Shown one piece after another: positions 50,450-63,164 of a stretch of 64,000 bases of DNA; the first letter of the stretch is position 1; the number at the start of each line of letters is the position of its first letter. The notes below the pieces were generated by a model, which searched no databases, was not told the origin of the DNA, and was given only the letters and a program-made list of their open reading frames with translations. A program made the position numbers and the translations under genes. The stretch is from Lingula anatina (Eukaryota; Animalia; Brachiopoda): contig CM120649.1 of assembly GCA_051362555.1 (NCBI GenBank), forward strand, positions 11,966,001 to 12,030,000, read 5' to 3'.

Positions 50450-51862
50450 TTAGTTAGGGTGGACAACAGGTTGTAACATTGACATAATAATGATAATGAT
50501 CAGGATATAAGGACACATGTATACAGTGCCTACATATTAACATATATATACCGACATAAATAAATTCAAAGAAACAGAATCAATGGCAACTAGGTAAGAC
50601 AAATGACAGAAGAGGTTTAAATTTTAAAAAAAATTAAAAATTCCTGGCCTTCCAGTATTTCTCACTTCTAACATGGAAATGTGACATGTGAAGGGATTAT
50701 ATTTACACATGTCAATGTGTTATATTTTCTACTGAAAATTTAATAAAGATTATAACTGTGACTTTTGGAACTTGGCACAACCAGCTCTTATGTTATTGCT
50801 TCCTCTCAGCATTACTTTTTGTTACATTCAATATTTACCTTTAGAACAGCATGCTGATAACCCTCTTGATGCAAGCATAATGGTCTTGAAAAGTTCTCTG
50901 CAGAACTTTGTCTAGATCAACACTTATCAAATAATTTGTAGAAGACCCGAGAAACTATCTGAAATAAAGAAAAATATACTTCAATTAAGGTGTCAAATAA
51001 TCCTTAACTTCTGAAATAACTTCTAAGTAACTTACATGAAGTTTCTTGCATCCATGTATCCTTTGCTCCCCCACATCGTTACTTTCCCACATCATTACAT
51101 TCCCACACGGGAGCGTCTTGATTGTCCAAAGGTTCATTGGTCCAAAAAATCGTAATATTTTCATCAGTTCGTCAAGGGTTCGTTGGTCCAAAGATTTTAT
51201 AGTGAACATTTGGACCAAAGTACCTTCAGACTATTGAACCTTCGGACTATTGCTACGACCCCTCCCGCACCAATTACTATCCACCTCCTGCCATCTTTAC
51301 CCTCCCATGGTTAACAGAAAGTAGATACCTCTAATTACCTCCGCCAAGGAGGTCGTTTTCACCCCTGTTTGTCTGTCATCAACATAACTCAAAAAGTTAT
51401 GTACCAATTTTGATGAAATTTTCAGGAACTGTCAGAAGTGGGCCAAGGAAGAGATGATTAGTTTTTGGTGGTCGCTCTGTAAGCGGGAGGGCTCGGTTTC
51501 GAGCCCTGGTGTGGCATGTGACTTTTTATTTTTTTTTTTTTTTTTGCTTTATTTTGTTTCTATTTTTTTTTTTTTTTTTGTTGCATATTTAAGCATATGT
51601 CAACGTTGTTTTATTTATTTATATGAAAAGATAGTTACATTATTATCAGATATCTACTTATGAAATAGACTAAAAAATATGGCAATCATTTATGCAATTA
51701 TAATGCAGTGTAAAACAAAGTTAGATTTAGATAGAATAAATATGCTGCCAGTACAACTTGCATTTTCTCGTTTAATTTGTAATTAAATCTAAATATTACT
51801 AGATTCAAAAATGAATAAAAATTAAAAGTAAATTGAAATTTGAAAAAATTTACAACTTTTGC

Positions 51863-51897
<35 letters not shown>

Positions 51898-52600
51898 CTC
51901 TACGAGCAATTTTATTAATTATATTGCCTTATTGAACCGTTTCAGTTCTATTTGAAGTCGTTCGTTTTGGATATTTCTAATCATCCGTTGTGCAGTCATA
52001 ATGATGGTAAGCTGTTCAATACGACAGTTTCATTCTTGCAATCAAATCACAGAACTTCTATGATCAGAGTAAGTACGCTGGCCCTTAACTTAGAGGACCT
52101 ACCTTAGGGTAGGACTTCTACACAAAACTCGTGGTTCCTGTCTGCCGTGATGAATTGTGGGTACCATGTGATCACTTATAAAACGGTAATTATTTTGGAT
52201 GACCGAAAGGTGATCCTGTGGTGACCATAATACGAGGAGAAGAACTTGATTGATATAAACCATAGGGTATATGGTATTATCAAGCTACATGTGATAATGC
52301 ACCCGTTTTTTAAATCACGTAGGAATTTTACGACAATCGTTTCAAGGTGATCGTTGCAAGAGTGGAAGCATGGGTTGGTCACAATCAAAAAGACGAGTGG
52401 ATGCACCATGAATATACGGTGAGTGTAAGGAGCCTATTCAATTTGATTGAAAGGATGCAACCTCGTATTGAACAGCTTACCACAGACTGTACCAGAAATA
52501 TAACATTTTCTCACAACACGGCAAAGCGATCGACTGAAACTGAGGGCCCGTGTAACGGAAAGTCTGCTCTCCTTCGGAGTCGTTGTAGTTATATAACTAT

Positions 52601-53146
52601 GAGCGCATTCTCAACGAGTTAAGCCAGGCTTTACAAAGCCGGTGACCTAAAAATGGTGGACGTACATGAAAGAAAAACCGCCTAATCTTTTAATAGTCTC
52701 TCCGCCTCCCCACACGTCGTCCCTGCGGGGTACAGTAATTAAATCTCGGCTCCGTTCGCCATGCGGAAGCTACCTGAGAAATATTAAGTGCGCATGCTCA
52801 TCAGTTATACTCGTGGTGAAGAAACCATGGCGGCTGAAGGCGATCGAAGGAAAAAAGCTCTTCTGTTCTATTATCTTTGAAAACAGAGACGAAAAAGGAA
52901 TAATTTGGCCCGTAGAGCAGCAATGAATCGACTATCTACGGAGATAATATCAACAGAGATATTCACGGAAATATTAATGTTCGGACCCGAGATTTAATTA
53001 CTGTACCCCGCAGGGACGACGTGTGGGGAGGCGTGTGAGAGGCGGAGAGACTATTAAAAGATTAGGCGGTTTTTCTTTCATGTACGTCCGCCATTTTTAG
53101 GTCACCGGCTTTGTAAAGCCTGGCTTAATTCGTTGAGAATGCGCTC
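52601..53146. mobile_element. PIF/Harbinger-type MITE with long arms
   Basis: gagcgcattctcaacga..tcgttgagaatgcgctc, about 150-bp arms, TSD TAT. Confidence 0.85.
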
Positions 53147-53165
53147 TATATAGTTCTATAGACTT

Positions 53166-53617
53166 TGTGACTGAATTGCGCAATACAGCGCAACACAGTG
53201 CAATACACTTCAAAAATCAAATCTAGTTGCTATTACACAAAAGAAATGACCATTCCCAGCAAAGTAGGGTGATATAAAAACAACCTATATTACTAGGTAA
53301 GTAATATCATTGATATAACTTAACAAATCAGCAAAACTTTTATATTGTCCGGTTGGCAGCCATGTTGGCGATTGGCTCTTCTTGGATATATTACTGGCCA
53401 AGAAGAGCTATTCGCCAACATGGCGGCTGACCAAACAATGAAAAAATTGTCAAGTTGTATCAGCAATATTAATTACTATGTACTATATTTTGCTTTCATA
53501 TCACCCTATTTTATTTGAGATTACCCTTTCCTGTGTTTACTTGCAACTGGACTTGTGTTATCAAGTGTATTGCACTGTGTTGTGCTGTATTGCAGTGTAT
53601 TGTGCATTTCAGTCACA
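53166..53617. other. Imperfect 450-bp palindrome with a YY1-like motif on each arm
   Basis: Centre gctcttcttgg-12 nt-ccaagaagagc; caacatggcggc (+, 53416) and caacatggctgc (-, 53367); outer ends tgtgactgaa/ttcagtcaca. Confidence 0.7.
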
Positions 53618-54147
53618 CCCAGTTATAATGGTTACATTGGTTAGGGTTAGTCCTATGTCGGTCAAAATCTAAGGCAAGACTCACCAGTACAAATGAACGG
53701 GAAGCAGACCATCTGTTATGAGGGACTTTCTGTCACGTTACAAACTTTATACCTTCCAAGTTTTGAACAGAATACTGTGACTTCCATAAGAGGTCGTGAT
53801 AATAGCCCCCCACACCGATACTGACACTCCCCCCTAGAAAATTTTTACATTATGTGCATAGATACGACTTCACACAGATAGATCCCTGCATCGATGCCCG
53901 TACATCCCATGTAAAATTACCATTATACCATTACTCTTCAACACAGAACCTCCCGCGCATTGTTGCTGAATAAATAGGGGGAGGAGTCATGACAAAAGAT
54001 CTGAAGCAATGCACTGGTCACTACTTAATTACTCATATTCATGCACATAGTGAAGCGACTTGACATATAGTACTAGTACACTGGGATAACAGTACTAGTA
54101 CACTAGCAATTTTTCTCTCTTAGCCAAATCACTATTTTTTTTTCTAA

Positions 54148-54293
54148 AGGATGAGTGTGAATAACCATTGGCAAAGTGCCCATCGTCAAAATTTAAAAAT
54201 AATTTGCTATTATAAAGTTTATGCACATATTTGTTGCATGGAAAAATATTATTTGGTTTGAGGCATCGTAACTTAGTATTTTAATGAGTTATA

Positions 54294-54324
<31 letters not shown>

Positions 54325-55998
54325 GGGTAGCCGGGTTTACCTGTTGTATGCAGTCTAATGAATCAGAGCAACTTGTTTCAGCATTTATATTACATATACG
54401 ATTTTTTTTCTAATGAAACTTGTCTTGTGATGTAAAAAAGAGTTATATGTTAAATAATTGTGGTGTGGCACAAGTAAATGGGATATTAATTATTGTTTTT
54501 TTTAATCCTAGAGAAGAGAGTGAGGGGTGGTATATTACGGTATTTTCTCATAGAAGCCATCACTGATTTCACTTATACATAATATATGTTATACATAATA
54601 TAATTACTTATACATAATAACAGTTATGGCCAATAATCTGTATGACAATGAAATTAAATCACCTAAAAAGTATTTCATATATGATTATGTAATAATAAAA
54701 AAAAGAAGAAAAAAAAACTCTGCAAAGCTACTACATATGAATAGTGCTTATGTGGAAGATTAGGTCATATGTAACAAAACTAGGGTGTGTGTGATGGAAC
54801 CTTTTATTTTATTTTGTGCAAAATAGACATAAAAAGGGACATTTACACAACAATTTTGGTTGTACAAAATGTACTTTCATGCCCATTAGAGGGGGTTGGA
54901 TCAAGCCACCCTTATGTGTAGAGGTCTATTACAGCATGGGTTTCTATATAAAGTAGGAGCCACCATAATGTACATCTGCTATAATGATAATTTATATAAC
55001 TTTGAATATCTGAAGCACATTTTACATATTTCTTAATCTTAAGAAATAGGAATGAAAGTAAGATATACTTACTGTATTTGGACTCTATTTCCTATCCATA
55101 TTCCCCCTTTTATTTATTTATTATTATTATTATTATTTATTTTATTTATTTATTTTTTTTTGATAGCATGCATTACATGAAAATTAATTTTTTTTTATGA
55201 TAGCATGCATTAAATATATGAAAATGACTTTTCTTTTTTTTTTTTTTTTTGGGGGGGGGGGTTGTAATTGAAAATATTTTACTGACTCTAACTCCTATTT
55301 TCCTTTCAAAGACCTTCATTTTATTTAGGGTTGTTCTTTTTGTACAAAAGGTTCACTGTATCTGCCTAGCCATCCTCTGTAAGCATGTAGCAGCTACCTC
55401 ATGGCAAGAATAAACATGGCCGCCTGCCAGCATATGGACTGAAAATGTCCCTATTTTGTTTGAGTACATATCGAGCCCAACCCTCAGACAAGCTGATTTT
55501 CACATATATCTCACCTTATATTCATGTCTTTTCAACCGTGAATAATTAGCTTGTCTGAGGCAGGGGCTCATATAAAAAATGAACATCTTTTATCCTCAAG
55601 TCACTGTAAGATTCTTCTTTCAGTTAGCACTACATGTATAAATAAAGCAATCAGAATATTGATCACAAGCAATGATTGGCCACATATTGCCTTACTTTTT
55701 TACATGGGCACCTTCTGTACCCAATTACAAAATTTCACAGTTGTCACCTTACTATAACTAAAGATATGGAGCATTGCAATTCAGACCCCCCCTAAAACAC
55801 ACATTTTCATGAATATTTGACAAGGTCATTTTGACATTAATTTTTTATATTTCAAATTCAATAAAAATTTTTTTTTAAGTGGATCATAAAAGTGTAAGAC
55901 CCCAACTTTAATTTGGCATCAATTTTTTTTCATTCATTCACAATTTATTTTTCATGTACAAAAGTGGGCACTTTCACCCCCTTATTCGCACTCATCCT
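54148..55998. mobile_element. Degenerate TIR element, possibly Kolobok-type
   Basis: aggatgagtgtgaataa..ttattcgcactcatcct (16/17 match); flanks ctaa/ttgt are not a clean TTAA. Confidence 0.55.
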
Positions 55999-57369
55999 TT
56001 GTTATCCAAATGGTTATAATTTGACTAAAACAAGTCAAATCAAGCCCTTTTTGATTAGCCAATTTAAGTCAGTTTTAGCTTTTGGCTAAATTGGCGAGTG
56101 TTAGGTACACCAGTACATAGTATTGTATACACACAGTGCAATAAAAAATAGTTCATTTAACAACATACTGTTACATCCCCTTTCATTTATCTTTTACTTT
56201 TAACACGTTAACATGCTGGGTTAACTTGAACACAAACTGTTCAACAGCTGTAACTGCTTAAGCACACCTTTAAACAACAGTAACTGTAAATTATCAGGTA
56301 TGGGTCATATCTTTACTTATCTCACAAGCTTCACATTGTTTCTTCGTTTAGGCTAGCAAAAGTATGATATGACTCACATTGATAGCCTCCACATCGTTAC
56401 TCCTCCACATCAATTTTCAGATGATGATTTGAAAAAAAAATATTCGCTTTTCAAGTTTTCAGATTTATTTAAGATTTATTATGTTTTAATATCACATTTT
56501 AATTGGTCAGAGGTATCTATTTTAACTAAAGGGGAGAAAAGATGGCAGGAGGTGGATAGTAATGGTGGGGATGTATTGATGTGATAAAATAACGATGTGG
56601 GGGAGCAAAGGATACAGATGCAAGAAAATTCATGTAACTCAGAAGTTATTTCAGAAGCTAAGGATTATTTGTCAGCTTTTAAAAATAAAATGTCTTGCTT
56701 TATTTCAGATAGTTTTTTGGGTCTTGTACAGATTATTTGATAGGTGTTGATCGAGACAAAGTTCTGCAGAGAACTTTTCAAGACCATTATGGTTGCATCA
56801 AGAGGGTTATCAGTATGCTGTTCTAAAGGTAAATATTGAATGTAAAGAGTGGGGAGCCGCGTGAGAGGGGGACAGACCATTACAAGATTAAGCAGTCTTC
56901 TTTTCATGTAGGTCCGCCATAGGTCGTGGCCTAGCTAGCATTCACCTCTTCTCATCCTGAATGGACCATTGGTCCCTAAATGAGCAGGGAAACTTTTGGT
57001 ATTAGTTAGTAATTAAGTCATATTTTTTCATGTCTGAAAGTTGAGGTAGATTAGCTTTTCTTCTCATTATATGAGTTATAATTTTGGTACATAACTCAAA
57101 AAAAAGTTTGCTGGTGGTTTACTCGTATAGAATGTTGCCAGTGTTAAATGAACTGTCGTGAAAATTCTTTGTAATTATTGTTGCAATATTTTTTGTGTGT
57201 GTGTTTTGTATGTGTTTGATTTCCTTTACTGTCGAGTTATTTTTAAAAATCTTTAAATCTAAAATTTTTTTTAAAAAGTCACCATTGTCCAAGTTGTCTT
57301 TAAGGGTTTCAAAGGATAAAGTATTATTATAAAGGCAAATTGAGTTTTTGGGTGTTCACCTTTTAAGAA

Positions 57370-57417
<48 letters not shown>

Positions 57418-57420
57418 GTG

Positions 57421-60400
57421 ATGCCAATGTGGTCTTTTAACAAGAGCCTACGTGCCTTTGGACCTGGTCACATTTTGGAGAGCAGTGGCACAGGGAGGGG
57501 TGTTCAGGTAACAAGAAAGGCCACAGGATTTCACAAGATATCCAGTTTCAGTGGCAGGCTATATCCCAGGAAGCATAACACAGCAAGGTGTTCAACAGCA
57601 TACTGCACATACAACATGTGTAGCTTGAAGAAGACAATTCCTTGTGCTGGAGATCTTGGTAAAAACCTCTTCTTTTGTCGTAGACAGCAGGGGGTTGTCA
57701 ACTACCACACAGATATGGGTAATGCAAGTGGGAAAGAGGTTGTGGAACTTATGCAGAAAATAAAACAGGAAGTATATGAAAGCCTCAATATCAACTGGCT
57801 TGATAAATCTGACCCAGCGATATGTTATAGAGAATTGTACCTTCAAAGTGACATCAACAGGTGTCTTTCTCCTCATTTAAAAAAGGTGGAGACAGAATTG
57901 AACATGATATTAGACAAAGCTGATGAGGAAAAAGACACAATGGAATTAAAGTCATTGTCCACTCTGGTGCTTAACTTGATGCAGTTGGGTGTCCACTTTA
58001 TTCATCCGGTGGTGACATGGGACCTGTTGCTGACCTGTGTCCAGCGCTGTGGCACTGCTGACCTGCCAGCTCTGGTGCCACTATCAGCAGTCTGCCAACA
58101 GTTGTTTATCACAGAGAAAACTGCTTGGAGAGGGGATGTTATATCTGAGGTGTGTGAGTACTTATGGTTTTTGTAGTACTTTTTAATAATTATATTTAAA
58201 CAAAAAGTAATTTATGTCAGTACAATACTAATAATTGTTTTAATCCTGAAATGTCTGCAAAGGACATTAAAATAAGTTTTAAAAACTTGAAATTAAAAAA
58301 TGTATGGTAAACTTATGAAATAACTGGAAGTTGACATGGTGTTTATTTTCCAATCAATTTACAATATCAGCATGGCGGTAGATGAAAAGAGTACATGTCT
58401 GTGGGACAATTCCCAGTCCCTTGTACTTACTGTGGATCGATCTATCTCCAATGGGATTCTTGCTAAATTGCAATCAACTTAAGCAGCTTAGGTGTCCGTC
58501 ACACCTACTGAAGCTGCTGGAGATAATTAACTATTGTTTAGCAGCTCCAGTAGGCGTGCCAGACATCTAAGCTGCTTAAGCTTATGGCAATTAAGAAGAA
58601 AGAAAAACCCTTGGAGATAGAAAGATCCTGTTAGATTTATCTAGGTATGAGAACCCAGTCTATGATTTCCTCAGGTTAATTTCAGAAAATAAACCAGGCT
58701 TAATGCAGCTCTGACAAATGTGAAGCTATAAAACATCAAAAATGCATTGCACTACCAACCACTGCCATTACAAGCTTTAAAGCATGTGTGTGTGTGTGGC
58801 TATGTTGAATTAAAAAAAAAAAAAGAAAAATACTGAAAAACCAAGTCCCCAGTATGAATTTCTCCTTCCTGAAATGAAAAAAATTTCTTTAGGAGTTTTT
58901 GTTCAGCGTTTAAGCATTCAAAGTTTGTGATATAGAAATCAACACTAAAAAGGCATGCCGTTTTTATGCACAGACACAGACTTTAAGGAAAACTTTCTCT
59001 GACCAATAAAAAGGGAACAATTTAACCATTTCTGTTGTACAAACACCTGCTGTTTTGATAAATTTAATAAAATGTAGCCTTATGAAAACATGTTAAAGTT
59101 GAGGCTGATGAGTGTGTAAATTTTACAGTACTCGTAATTATTTCTTTTTCAGGTAGTGGAACGCTTCAAAGATGTACTTAGGGAAAATGAAAAGGATTTT
59201 GAACACCATGATCTGGTATCAGTTTTACAAATAGCTGAAAAATTGAGTCATTTTATGAGCGACAACATGTTTAGGGATGTTGCCAGTCGCGTCAATTCTG
59301 AGGTGGAGAAGCATGATCTCCGTATTCTCAACCAAGATGCTGCTGAGATCATCAAGCATGTTATATTGTTTATGTCTGCCCCAAGAAAATTTGGACTTTA
59401 CAGTCCAAATAGAAGTATTAAAACAGATGAATACTTTCCCCTGCAGGAGATTGTCTTTTCCACTCTGCAAGCCAACAAAGAAGATGTTGTCTCTGTTCTT
59501 GGCCACCATATCACACGGCAAGGTCTTATGGTTATTGGTAATTTAAACCATCGTGCAGTTAGTTTGCGCCGTAGTGTTCTCAACAGCTGTGTACAATCCA
59601 TATCTGGGTTCCATGGCAGTGAACCTTTAAGTAACTCAAAATACCAGACTGATTTGATACCCAAAGTTGATGTTGATGTAAATATGGAGAAAGGTAGCAG
59701 TCAGTTGCCGGGTCCAGATTTTGGGGGTTTGCTTTGTGCAGTAAGCACTGGTTTGTTTAAGGATTCTGACTGGTGGATCTTGCAAGAGGAACTCTTTAAA
59801 AGTTTACGTCAGGGGAGTGTCTTCAGCCTGATAGAGGTAGCAGACGTGCTAAAAAGTGGTCATAGAATTCTTGGGTCAGTCAAAAATGCAAGTCAGAAAG
59901 AGTTCATAATGTGTTTTCTGCATTGTTGGAATGACTTAAATGGGCATCCACGTGAATTAAGAATGATTTTAGAATGTATTTCAGCGTTGGCACATCCATT
60001 TTATGGCATCAGGGATAATGAGCTGGTGTCATTATTAACCAGGCACTTGCAGAGTAGATGTTATATGCTACCAGTCAAGGAATTGATGCACATTACCTCA
60101 ATCATTATTTCTTTTTCATCTAAACCAAGTCAACCATTTTTAGCAAGACCATTACTAGAGCGTATGAAGTCTGGAGATGTTCATAAAGTGATTTCTCTTA
60201 TTCCCCGGAATATTTTAAAAGCATTTCATGACTTGGAAGAATTCCGTGTTATTGGCAAACTACTCGATGAAATGTCTTTGAAGGATATAACAATGCCAGA
60301 CAAGGACAACTTGGAGAGGAACAAGAGAGCAGGAATTGTCACATGGGCAAAAGCAGTTGACAGAGCCTGCCTTAAACAGGAGTACCCCACAGATGCTTTC

Positions 60401-63115
60401 TACCTTCTTACCAGCCTCGAGTTTTTAGAAGCTCTTGAACCTGATATGATCAGTAAGTATTTTGAAATATTCCCTATGTTGTTTTTACACATGAGGAGTG
60501 AACACCTAGGCACTTTAAATTTTCACAAGGGTGACTAGCCCAGGCCTTGCCAGCTTTCTTAATTTTCTTGCAGTTACATATATATAATAAAATGGTTTGT
60601 AATCTCCATTCGTTATACGAAATAAAGTGTTTTTTGTTTTCAGAATTTATTTGTTTCTAAAGGGCGTTTCAACTGAAATATTAAAGGATATTAAAGATTT
60701 ATAATTTGAAACTCGAGTACTGTGTCTTTATGCAAAACTTTTTCACAAATAGCATGGACCTAATATTGAATGATCAAAATTCTCTCGAGTCATTTGACTG
60801 CATTATTATATACTAGTTGGGATAACCGTAATTAAATGCTAGTTAAACTAGAGGATCAGAGAGGCGATACCGCCTCCGAATATTGTACCACCAGCTGGAG
60901 TAAGCGCGATCGTATATACCCCCCCACACACACAAAAAAGGGACATCACCAACAGTCTTGTGCTTGACAAGCTGTAAAAAATGCAATCAACAAGAATTCT
61001 CAAAATATGCAAAAAAATATATAACTAAAAATGGTACAATCAAAGTTCAGTTCATAGTAAGGTAGGTCAAAGGGCAATTTCAAGGTCACAGTAAATTTTC
61101 AGTATATGACTTCCTAGTCAAGTTCAATAGCAACTATGGACATATCTCTGCCAGTTTTGGAGATAAAAGGGAACCAAAACGTGCAAAGTTAAGTTCATGG
61201 TAAAAAAGTAGGTCAAAGGTCAATTTTAAGGTCACAGTAAACTGCTTCTAATGACTTCATATTCAAGTTCAATAGTAACTATGGACTTATCTCTGCCAGT
61301 TTTGAAGATCAAAGGGAACCAAAATTTGCAAAGTTCAGTTCATGGTTAAAAATAGGTCAGAGGTCAATTTTAAGGTCACAGTAAATTGCCTCGTATGACT
61401 TTCTATTCAAATTCAATAGTAACTATGGCAGTATCTCTGCCAGTTTTGAAAATAAAAGCTTTAAAAAGTTGCAAAGTTCAGTTTATGGTATAAAGTAGGT
61501 CAAAGGTCAATTTCGAGGTCACATTTAGATTGCCAGTATATGACTTCCTATTCAAGTTCAGTAGTAACTATGGACCTATCTCTGCCAGTTTTGGAGATAA
61601 AAGGGAACCAAAATTTGTAAACTTCAATTCATGATGAAAAGTAGGTCAAAGGTCAATTTCAAGGTCTCACTTAGATTGCCAGTATATGACTTCCTATTCA
61701 AGTTCAACAGTCACTATGGACCTATCTCTGCAAGTGTGACCTTGAAATTGACCTTTGACCTACTTTTCATCATGAATTGAACTTTACAAATTTCCATTCC
61801 CTTTTATGTCCAAAACTGGCAAAGATATGCCCATAGTTAATATTGAACTTGAATAGGAAGTCATATACTGGCAATTTACTGTGACCTTAAAATTGACCTT
61901 TGAACTGCTTTTTACTATGAACTGAACTTTGCAAATTTTTGTTCCCTTCTATCTCCAAAACTGGCAGAGATAGGTCCATAGTTACTATACTATTCACATA
62001 GTAGAAGATGAAATGCATTTTTTACTTTGATGCCCCTTGTACGATGAATTCAGATTGAAATATTTTAGAACTGAATGGACATCCCGCTTTCCAAATAAAT
62101 ATTTGTTTACAACTATAATGTCTGACGAGAACGAAGAGAGTATTTTTGTCACTGGCTAGTTTTTATTGAATGCCTTTACTCTAAGAAGTGAAATTGTAGA
62201 TAACAATGTTAACCTTCCAGATATGTAAATGAAATACTTGTATATGTATGGTGTATTCATAATTTATTTCTGTATGTAAAGCCTTGATTGTATATGTCTT
62301 CTGTGTCTATACAGATTGTAATGTATTAAACTAAAAAGAATAAATCATCATCATCATTGAACTTGAATACGAAGTAATACACCAGCAATCTGTGACCTTG
62401 AGATTGACCTTTGACCTACTTTTTATGATGAACTGCTTTTTGCATGTTTTCTGGCCTTTAAATCTGCAAAATTGGCAAAGAAATGCCCATGGTTGCTATT
62501 GAACTTGAATAGAAATTCATATACTATGATATTGAAATTGACCTTTAACCTACTTTTTCACCATGAACTGAGCTTTGCATATTTTCTTGCCTCTCACATC
62601 TTCAAAACTAGCAGAGATGTGCCCGTTGTTGCCCCTAGGTTTTCTCTTTTGTCAGCATATATGCACTACTGACAACACATTTCAAGGAAAACCAATAGGC
62701 CTTTTGTCTAGAGAATCACAGGAGTGATCAAGGGTAGGAAAATGCAAGTCAATTCGAAAATCTGCTTGATTGTACCATTTTTAGTTATATTTTTTTGCAT
62801 ATTTTGAGAAATCTTGTTGATTGCATTTTATAGAGCTTGTCAAGCACAAGACTGGTGATGGTGTCCCTTTTTGGAGGGGGGGGGGGTCCATACGAATGCG
62901 CTTACTCCAGCTGGTGGTACAATATCCGGAGGCGGCATCGCCTCTGTGATCCTTTAGTTTATTTTATTATTATCTTTTAGTTTTGGAGCACCATGAACCC
63001 CCAGCCATATTGGCAAGATTTAATGCATTGCTCAATATCAACAGAGCTGCAGTATTAGAGTGCCCAGAGCTGAGAATCCCATGGCTTCTTGGTTCATATA
63101 AAAAGAGTTTTCCAG
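57421..63115 (+). CDS. FASTKD1: FASTKD1-like copy B, first three coding exons (remainder not in window)
   Basis: Exons 57421-58149, 59153-60452 and 62981-63115; open frames with the same splice sites and phases as copy A; exon 2 is 15 nt shorter in frame. Confidence 0.82.
60848..62957. mobile_element. Fold-back composite of two inverted Helentron-type satellite elements
   Basis: Both ends match the start of the 28207 element (ctagaggatcagagaggcgataccgcctcc / ggaggcggcatcgcctctgtgatcctttag); the ~145-bp array switches orientation at about 61732. Confidence 0.82.
61988..62356 (+). mobile_element. 3' fragment of an RTE-X-like LINE inserted in the satellite array
   Basis: VEDEMHFLL*CPLYDEFRLKYF remnant, aataaa plus (TCA)n tail; interrupts gttacta|ttgaacttg. 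Confidence 0.75.
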
Positions 63116-63164
63116 GTAATGTGGATAAAGTTTACCTCTGCAGTGTTTTATTTACAATTTGGAA

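Larger units (their letters stand above)
46253..60847. repeat. Large inverted segmental duplication (arms 46253-51332 and 56509-60847)
   Basis: Exons, introns, (TTA)n tract and intronic MITE mirror each other; homology resumes at 62958-63140 versus 27844-28030. Confidence 0.95.

Noticed and set aside
51467-51520. tRNA/SINE-like fragment with B-box-like ggtttcgagccc
   Set aside because: No complete cloverleaf or A-box; too short to call.
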